From NCBI GenBank assembly GCA_000320545.1, contig ADNK01002763.1, positions 1 through 59,246 on the forward strand: a stretch of DNA of 59,246 bases, written 5' to 3'. The notes under the pieces are model-generated. The model was not told where the DNA came from, did not search any database, and worked only from the letters and a program-made list of their open reading frames with translations. The position numbers were made by a program, and so were the translations under genes. This document shows, one piece after another, positions 49,501 through 59,246 of this stretch. Numbering within the stretch: position 1 is the stretch's first letter; every line of letters begins with the position of its first letter. Origin of the DNA: Bigelowiella natans CCMP2755 (lineage: Eukaryota; Protista; Cercozoa).

Positions 49501-49808
49501 TATGTAATTCATACGACAGAGCTTTCATCATTTGTATTCACTTAGCATTTATTAGTGCTGCAGCATTTCCCCCGCCCGAAAAGCAAAACTCCTCGATTCT
49601 CGATCTTCGATGTAGACATGCAGTCTTTGAGGAATCCGTTGCCTAGATGAAATTTCAGAGACTCTTAAAGTGCTGTTTCAAGAGGCTGAGTAAGAGGTTG
49701 AGTGTCGCATAATATTGCAGCATGCTGCACCTAGCGGTAGCTTCCTTTCGATTCCATCATTCGGCTTTGACGGAGGGATTTGTACCTAATAAACGCATTA
49801 GATGAGAG

Positions 49809-50238
49809 TTATACACCAAGGTGTAAATCGCTATGAGAAGATGCTCTTGAGCTCTTATAAATGGGAGGAGCGACGATTTGTCGGGTTTTGGCTGGATTTA
49901 TACTCGCCTCAAAGACAACGCATCCACAGACAGCTTTTTCGCTTCCTCCTCCTCTTCTTCTTCTTCTTCTTCTTCTTCTTCTCTTAGACGGCGACGCCGT
50001 AAGACATATTATTACATTTTCGAAATCGGTTCTTGGTCGATGGAACGATTTGCCATTTGGGAAAGAACTTTGTTCATGATCTCTTTGGAGCTGGGTTTGA
50101 CACGAAGAAGAGTTAGCCAGCGATGAGCGATGATACACCAACTTATAAACAATAATACGCGTATGTAACGTGACAAAGTCGTCGGAGAAGATTGAGTAAA
50201 GCGACGTGTGGAATATGAAGAACATTTTATGACGCATA

Positions 50239-50280
<42 letters not shown>

Positions 50281-50992
50281 ACTGAGCTAAAATGGCAGAA
50301 TTACTGAATCTATTGACTCTTACCATACTTCTTACTACGACAGTTTCCACCTCCAAAACACAACTACAATGTCCTTACCGAGGCAGCTCGCAGACAACGG
50401 CGACGGGCTTCACAACCTGAATAACCGCCAAATGTCATCGAGTATGAACCCCGATCCGCTACAATGATGATATAGTCGCCCCTCCACAAGCAAACGCTTC
50501 GCATAATGCGGTAGAATACCAACCTCAAACGACAACTTGTTTCCAAAGATCCGCACACCCCCGGATGCTTTTACCTGCGGTAGAGGTGGCATGTTAGGTG
50601 GGAGGTGGGGGGGGGGATTGATAATGATGGTCGGGCTGATATTTTGCCTTTATGTCTTCGCAAAAAGGAAGGGGAGGGGGGGGGGGTGACAGAACATTAG
50701 AATTGTTTGTAGTATTGTTTCTACCTTGAGGATAACCCTTCGCTTGTAAAGGAATGCACTCTCCTGCACGCGTAGGTATAGCCATCGAAAACATGCTCAT
50801 CAGATAACAACAGGGTTCCCAGCAATTGATTCACGGCATATATCTATTAGATCGTCGGCGTTTTGCGTCCGGCGACAACGGTCAAACATAGCAGCAGCTT
50901 TGGAATACAATCCATCTCGCAAACCTTGGGGAAAGCAGCCTGGATCGAATTGGAAACCGTTCTGTGCACGAAGATCCCGCTCTAAGCAAAAT

Positions 50993-51034
<42 letters not shown>

Positions 51035-53170
51035 AGTAATTTACCTCATACGAATCTGCAAAACAAACAAAATGGAGAGTTGGCTGGTAGCTGCGGCGAC
51101 AAGCTAATCTCATGCACTCAGACTAGACCTTCTTATCACGCGTAAATCTCTTGTACACAGACGATCCAATAGAGTACCTGAAAAGGAAATAACTTCTCGG
51201 TTCTTACGGTCTTCTTTTCAATTACTATCATCATGGAGATTCCATGAGCTTTAATTATGTATAGAACTACTCGTAGAAATGTGCTATTTGGCCATGCTTT
51301 CAATTGCAGACATTAATCCTCGGCCTCATCCCTAACTTTTAAGAATGGTTGCCTCGAGCAGCAACAATTCTATTCCTCTCAAAGATGTATTGTTTTCCCT
51401 TCTTCCTCCCTCATCTCCCCATCCCCCCCCCCCCCCTTCTTTACATACTCAGTCGCGCCGTCATACACCGACCAATAGCGCCCTTGGTGGCAAGCAACGG
51501 TCTAAATTGTATGAAGAAGAAATATTTCAAACCCTTCATTCTGCACAGCAGCATTCAAGATCCGTGCAACGATAGCGCAGTAAATGCGTGAGTGTGCAAA
51601 CATGTAATTGGGTAAGGAAAAGGTCGTATGTGTTCTAGAATCTCTGTGATTTATAGGAGTCATTCTCATCGTAATTTTGTGCTGCTGGTTTATCCTTTTG
51701 GGCTGATGTTAACTTGAGAAAATGACGAATGCGCGGATAAGACTTACCTTGTAAAAGTACCCACTACCCTGCTGAACTTCTACTACTTCGTTCGAAACTG
51801 AGGCCGTTTTATGTCTGCATCGCATATTGAAAAGGGCGCGTTGAATGTGGCTTTTCCGTGTATTTTTTCGGATTTTCTTCCAAGGCTTTGGTCAAAATCA
51901 TACCACACTCCTCCCCCATCTTTCTCCCTATACCTTGAAGAAGTATTCGTTTCGAATACTTCTTTGGTCTCGTGGCCTCTCCGCGTCTCCCCGTTGTGAT
52001 TCGATGCAGCAAAGGACAGGTTGAAGTTGGCAGCGGTAGAGTTATGGCGAGTCTGAGATCCCATGCTAAAAACATAAACATTGATTAGCGACATGCGAAC
52101 ACGCATACATTCTACGAGATCACAAAGTTATCAATCGCAAGGGGAAAAGGCTGTGCATAATTGGCCAATTCAACACTGTTTTCTTTCCAGATTTTTTTTT
52201 GGGGGGGTTCTAACGAAGATTGCCTTTGTCGCATGTTTTCAGGTGCCGATGGTTGGCCGAGAATCTGCAAGATTGCTTGAAGATGGCGTTCTATTTGTAC
52301 ACGCTCGCGAAGAGCTGCGAGTTTACGCTTACTATTGCGAACTCTGTTAAAGTTAATAACAAAGATGGTGCGGGGGAAAGAGACCGGCGGGGATAAGCAA
52401 CAATCATGTATTGAGGCCATGAGTGTATTGCTCAAACTATGCGTTCGGTACCCAATATCTTGCAGGTTTTCGGAGAAATCAGACAGAGAATCCCAACGGC
52501 TTCGCAACATAGGGCCAAGTTTCTGCAGAAACACAAAGGAGATTTTCACTTTTGAGCGAATCAAATATCCTTTTTTTATGTGACATCAACTTCATTGCCC
52601 GACCTGGTTGTCGGAGAGGAGGTTTCGGAGCTGTGAAAACGTAGGATTCAAAACAAGGTGTGTTGAGATAAGTTGTGCTGGGTGGTTGAGGTCGTGTAAT
52701 ATTTCGTGGGTCGAGCAACCTGTGGAACGTCACTTCTATCGATAGCACTGCAGATAGTGCTGTCTAACTCCGAGGCTTCCTGCAGCCATCAATACAAATG
52801 TGCACAAAATATTTCATTCAAGTATCTTCCGCATTCGTAAATTAAGCTCCGTTCGCTGAAGCTATCACTGACCATCATGCTTCCCTGCATCGTGCGAGAA
52901 GAATTCCAGATCTACTCGTAAATGCTCGTTGGGCCAGGCTTGACCGTTATCAGTTTTGAACTCCAGATCGGATGTTGTCGCACCTAACCGATCGCCGACG
53001 GATGATCGAAATAAAAGATAATCGGATAGACTCGAGCATTGTTATGATGCGACATATCAAATTTCTTGTCGTATGGTGCAATACGCAACGTCGGCGTTAC
53101 ATTTTGATAACGATTTCAGTCGTAAGAGCCACTCCAATTTGGGCAGGCTTCGAATGGGATGTTTTGTGGT
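49809..53170 (-). CDS. one or two multi-exon hypothetical proteins
   Basis: Coding-like exons SDLEFKTDNGQAWPNEHLRVDLEFF, LAALRERVQIERHLQAIL, VKASGGVRIFGNKLSFE and LTLLRVKPSSKEIMNKVL. No family recognised. Confidence 0.4.
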
Positions 53171-53539
53171 AGGAATTATTTGAGGAAAAAGAGCAATCTT
53201 TGAATCACCTTTTCTCAGCAAATGTGAGAAAGAGAAAATTACAATGTCTCTTCCATTATCGAAATTTCACCGTGATATTTGTTCCTAAAATATTAAGACG
53301 CTTTATGGCAGGAAAGCTGACAGAGTGTATTGCATTCTGCAACTCGGCTCTTTTCCGGGGACGGGAAAGTTAAGCTTGCGACAACATCGAATCCATCATT
53401 TTATCGTATAAAATACATCCATTCCTCTTTGTTAATTACAAATGGGATCGTAGCTAAATCTTAAAACAACAAGGTGAACGAATTCACGTGTAATCGAGTT
53501 CTCGCAACCATTCCCACACCACTCAATCTTTGAAACAGA

Positions 53540-55223
53540 ATGCTTTGGCTTTCGCTCGGCTTGGGCCTGCTATCGGTCTGCAAAGGGACTCGTCTCGAAG
53601 GGAGCGCGGACGTGATTCTTCCGCCCGTCGAGGGGAAGACAGGGGTGCCGGACGCAATCACAAATCTCTTGGATGGAACTTAACAATCGATTTTCCATGT
53701 GTAAACTTGCAGGACGCGTCGCTTATGATATTCATCCAAGGGGCAAGTATCCCTACTAAAGGTTACCAGCCTATTGGAGCCAAGATTCAGGTGCGAGCAC
53801 TTCCAAATTTTCATGCATGCCAATGCGATGGACTGACTTAGACGTCTCCGATGATAACAACACAGGAAGCCTTTGACTCTCCGTTATGGTTTGCAGCTCC
53901 TCAGTGCCCTGAGTTCGTTACTAATATTCATACCTTGATACCGCTTTATTCATCGAGACTTACACTATGGTTTTTCACAATTCGGCCAGGGACATTGCCG
54001 CCATTCCCGGATGCATTAAGTCTGGCGTTGGCAGGATTATGGATGCGCTCGAGAAGAAGGGAGTATCCAACATCAAGTAAATCGCACCATTCACAAAAAA
54101 ATGACCTTTTATGAGCGTGAAGAACCGTATACATGGATAAAAGAAAAATAGATCGAAGGAATCTTATTAATATTTTCCTGCTTTAGATCTGTGTTCTTCG
54201 CTGGCCATTCGCTTGGAGGTTCGCCCACTTTTTCGCCAAAGATGGAACATTCTATGATCGCAACGACTACTGAGAGCGGCATGACCTCGAAATTGAAGTG
54301 CTTTCGAATGAAATCGGGGAACTCATTTTTTGAAATACGTAGGTGCAATGGTGCAGGATTACGTCGCCAGCAACATGTACGCGAGACTAAGGAATCATGT
54401 TATTTTTGTACGATGCTTGAGCTGTAATGTGTGGGAAACTCTTGAATTTTTAAAAGAGAAAAACGAGTCTTTCCGTTGTCCTTCCGAGCCAAAAATAAAA
54501 CTCCAAGTTTCTTTCTCACTATCGATAACAAACTACAGGAAGGAGGACGTGAAGGGGATGGTGCTTCTAGGATCATTCCTGACCAGGAAGTATAAGAAAA
54601 ATCGCTTTCCTAACACACCTCAGGTAGTAAAGCGTAAAAACTGATGAGAATTCTGGACAACAGGGCACTAACTAGTGATAGCGGCCATGTCTGTTAGCAA
54701 GAGGAAAAACATAATTCTTGTTCTGCAATCACTGCAAATATGGGTATTTTACATCATGGTCCCCCCCAATATTCCAGTATGAGTTTCCTGTGCCAACGCT
54801 CACTGTGGGAGGGGAGCTCGACGGTACTACTTGTCATTATCGTCGTTGTATATCCTCATCATCATCATCAATCATCATCAATCATCATCAATCATCATCA
54901 TCATCATCATATCATCATCATCACAGGTCTCTCACGTATCACCCGTATTACTGAATCGCTCCACACACAAGTGACGATGTCTGCTAGCAAGCACCCGGTT
55001 GGCTCTAGTAGTGATGCTCGTCATAGAAGTGTTTTTTATCATCATCGTCGTCGTCAGAAGCAGCAGCAGCAGCAGCAGCAGAATCAGCATCACCAACACA
55101 AACCAGATCATAAATCACAACTGCACACGATGAAACTTTGCCAGTTTGCCCCGCAGCTGTGTATATTATAAAATGATTCACTCACGCCTTCCTCACGGTC
55201 ATTATGATGGGCATTCTCACACC

Positions 55224-55289
<66 letters not shown>

Positions 55290-55560
55290 TATATATATAC
55301 GTATATTATAAATAGTACAAATTGATGTATATATTCATCCTTGCGATTCCTACCATTTAAGGAACGAGAGCTTCCCGTCGTGGTCCTTCCTGGAGTGTCC
55401 CACATGCAGTTTGCTTCTGGTTGCCTTCTTTTCGTGGAATAACGCTGCTGCTGCACCACGCATTAGACGCTCGCACGCATCAACACATCACACGCGCGCG
55501 CGCGCGCGTGTGTGCATTCATGACTAGATTTGGTCTGTAGAATCTGCCGGAGTTGATCAT

Positions 55561-55611
<51 letters not shown>

Positions 55612-55712
55612 TTTCGCTATGTCGATTGCTGTTCTAGGCACCCCCCCTTCGCTTGTGAAGAAACGGGATCTGCGAGCTGAGGTGAGGAAAGAGGAGGGGG
55701 GGGAGGGGCTCT

Positions 55713-55755
<43 letters not shown>

Positions 55756-56555
55756 CAGCAATCCTACGAGAGATGACGAGATGTGAATATACTTTTTACA
55801 CAACATCCGAGTATGAAGACAACCCAATAATACCACAATCAAGAAAAACTATGCAAGACAATGGAACTTAGAAATGTGAGCAGTGCTTGTTATGAGTGCG
55901 ATAATATCAGCTGTTATCTTACTCCCTAGGTGACAGAAGAGGAGGCTCATGATGCCATTGCATCCGATGTTGCGGCATTTCTGTCTGCGGTAGTAGCAGC
56001 ACCATCATCAGCATATTCATTCGTCAAAACGATGACGCTTCGCCTTACATCTTCTCGACGTCACAGCTCTCACATCTCTCACTGCCCGTCGCATAACTTC
56101 ATTTTGTAGGTTATCACCAACGCAGATGAATCATGGGCTAAAGTGGAGGTCGTCACCTCCCATAACACCCCCCCCCCAAAAAACGCATGATGTAACAAAG
56201 ATAAGGCCTTAACCTTAAAAAATAAACATACTATCAATGGAAAGATTGTAATCCCTTCAAGCTTTACATGAGCAGCAAACGCAAACGACTCTTCGCCTTT
56301 AGGCTGTATCTTATTGTGTCAAAAATTCTCTTCCTCTCCGATGTAGGCACGTGTGAAAGAATCAACCACCTTCACGCAGCCCATCGTGGACGCTTTCAAT
56401 GTAAGGACGCTGCAGAGATAGCGGCACACCAACCAAAACAACGATCGTCATTTCTTGGGCTGCTGGCCTCTGCGTGTACTTTGGCAGCACCGTCCTCGTA
56501 ACCCCGAAGAAGGAATTGGCGACGATATTGATGCCGAGCTGTATATTGTTGTTTC

Positions 56556-56598
<43 letters not shown>

Positions 56599-57078
56599 TC
56601 GCGCATTATCCCATGCACGAATGAAATACTGCTTTCCACCTCCTCGCAACCAATCACTTTGCACATGTTTATGTTTTGATTCGTAGATGGAGGCGTATCA
56701 TCAGTTCCTTCCCCCCTGCCTGTGCGAAGCAAAGGACGAATACGGGTAGCAAGCATCCCCCCCCCCCCCCCTCCCTCTTGCTTTTCGCGTGCTTTCTGTT
56801 GATTGCACAAGGATGTGGAGACGCTTTGAAGAAACTCCTACAATTGCGTGTTTTTCATTCTGTGAGCAGTAGTTTCCTGCTTCCCTCTTCCAGAACACAA
56901 CACGATGTGATGCTGCTTTATCCATCCACACCTCCTCCTCCTCCTCCTACCCCCCTCTTCTTCTTCTTAGATACATGGAATACGGAACTTGCCAATCGAA
57001 TGCCACGTGCACAGGTGCTTATCAAGTATTAGAAGCAGCAGCAGTAGTAGTAATAGAGAATGTAGTCAAATAAGAGAG

Positions 57079-57123
<45 letters not shown>

Positions 57124-57894
57124 TTTTCCGTAATTTGGGCAAGGTGAAAAAAAAAAACCATAAGAGCCATCCTTTTCCTTCCTGCTTGAGTCTTCTTCTT
57201 AATTAAAAAACCTTTCACACTGAGATCTCGCTATCAACAACGACGTACATGGACCTAGCTTCCTTCTACGGCATTGAACGTGATGGCTCCTCTCACGTGA
57301 GCGACTGCTTATGAATGTGATGAATAGGCGGCACTCCTTGGACCGCAAAAGCGCAGCAAATCCTCGGTACGCAAACGATGATAAATAATAATAATAATAA
57401 TAATGATAATAACGATAATAGTAGTGATGGACAAAATTAAAAATAAAATGATGATAATAACAACAATGATAAATGAGCTTGCTCGATCGATGCGAAAAGG
57501 GAGAAGGAGAAGAAGAAGAAAGGAGACTTGGAACAAGCACAGCGCATATATTCGCTCGTTTCTCATAAGTTTGTTTTTACTCTACCCGTACTACCCGTAT
57601 CGTATCCTCGGGTGCCTTGAAGGACTCGAAATGACCGTTGTGGACTCATCCCACATTGTCACCGAGGTGTGCAGATATACTACTTCTGCTGCTGCTGCTA
57701 CTACCTAATGAATACCCACGATTCGAGTTAATGAGACTCAAACATTTCACTGACGATATTATACATATAGATATATATATATATATATATATTCACATAA
57801 TATTCAACCAAACACACGTACGCACTAGGACGCGACTTAGTTGTGCGGTGGATATTATTTTTGGCGTGTTGTGTGTGGATAGTACAACAACATC

Positions 57895-57932
<38 letters not shown>

Positions 57933-58324
57933 TTACAGGAGAGACCATCGTGCCACCTACCCCACATCCATGGAAATCTCACCGACAGTGCTGCAAATCC
58001 CGGAAATGGAAAGTCTCCGCCTCTCTGCGACTCTCCCAAAGGGTATGTGCGTATGTGCGTGTGTGCGTGTGTGCGTGCGACCTGCTGCGGATATATTAGA
58101 TAGATGATGATGATGCTTTGAACGTAAATGTCGACATTACGATTTTATGACCGTTGTGATGCCTGACGAATGCAACGTTGCGCCTCTTCCCCCCTCCCCC
58201 CCTTCTCCCTCTCTACTTATGCACGCATCATTGCGTATGGATCGCTACAAAAACGCACGCAGATGTACCCTCAATATCACGACGGTCACGCAGCAGGTTT
58301 GTGTGTGATAAGATGCTTTCGAAA

Positions 58325-58356
<32 letters not shown>

Positions 58357-58820
58357 ACTAATGATGATGACATGTCTGAAAGAGAGCGTGAGCACGTCAT
58401 AAGAGTGGATTGTGTGTGCTTGCTATCATTCGTTGTCACCGTCGTTGTCATCATCGTCGTCATCATAGATATCGTATCCCCCCCCTTTACCAGATGTACC
58501 AGAGCGCTGGTGAATTCGATTGGTGGCGTATCCATTTCAATCTCTCATCCGCTGACACGGGGTGATATAATCGCTATTACTACTACTAGTACTACTACTA
58601 GTACTGCTGCTGCTGCTGCTACTAACACTAACACTTTTACTACATTGCCATATTCGAGTGAAGTGTGCGCGGCTTAACCGTTTTCCTCATTTCGGTCCTC
58701 CTCCCCCCCCCCCCCCCCCTTTCTCCTCCTCCTCCTCTATCCTCCTGTAGTTACCTGATGGAATCGGCAACAGAGCTCAAAGCAAAGCTCAAAAGCCGAC
58801 AGTCAATTTGGGAAGCTGCT

Positions 58821-58857
<37 letters not shown>

Positions 58858-59246
58858 GATGGGTGATGAGACATATTTGTATTAGGCGAGACCGTGTATG
58901 AATGAGAGTGTGACAAGGCTTGTGTCGGCGTAGTGCTAAGAGCCAATCCCCACCCCTCCTTTTGTTTCCTATATAACATTTTTTAAGGCGTGCCAAATGT
59001 AAACTACACTGCCTCGGATGTACCAACAGGTGACTCTCCCAATACAGCCCCCCCCCTCCCCCCTCACCCCTCCCCTCTTCACCCCAGTCACTCTCCCTCT
59101 TGGGGGTGCGCGCGTGTGCATGTGTGTCTTTGATTACATGCGGAGATCGTCTCCCATTCAATGACGGACTGATAATGCAGGAGAGGGCGGTGATGGGGAT
59201 CGATGTGCTGAGATTAACGCAGCGGCAATTGAGTGGGCCATGAGCG
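53540..59246 (+). CDS. secreted alpha/beta-hydrolase (Abhydrolase_5-like); multi-exon, continues beyond the window
   Basis: Signal-like MLWLSLGLGLLSVCKG, IFIQGA, nucleophile elbow AGHSLGG, VPTLTVGGELDG (Asp), VVLPGVSHMQFASG (His), then ELKAKLKSRQSIWEAAG and DRCAEINAAAIEWAMS at the window edge. Confidence 0.88.

Overview
Intron-rich eukaryotic nuclear DNA. The style (short GT-AG introns, many filled with microsatellites, and a bipartite-targeting-like N-terminus) suggests a chlorarachniophyte-like protist; this is inference only. Recognisable split genes: an NSUN2/Trm4 tRNA m5C methyltransferase, a Gly-rich protein, a multipass membrane protein, a mucin-stalk receptor-like kinase, a PA14-like plus METTL24/FkbM-type methyltransferase, a protein with peptidoglycan-binding-like repeats, a CC2D1/Lgd-like protein and a secreted alpha/beta hydrolase, plus several hypothetical genes. 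The most striking signal is not a gene. Two multi-kb tracts over mobile or dead DNA (about 4975-8507 and 36671-40350) have lost essentially all TpA dinucleotides: by hand scan there are zero TA in 6739-8507 and in 36671-39912. In these tracts TG/CA are enriched, CpG is retained, and surviving TA sits mostly in CTAG. Four intergenic islands are strongly enriched in CTAG and share the palindrome CATGCTAGCATG. Together these suggest a targeted TpA->TpG/CpA (A:T->G:C) hypermutation system, a mirror image of fungal RIP, that spares CTAG and spreads into flanking genes. All gene models were spliced by eye, so boundaries are approximate.
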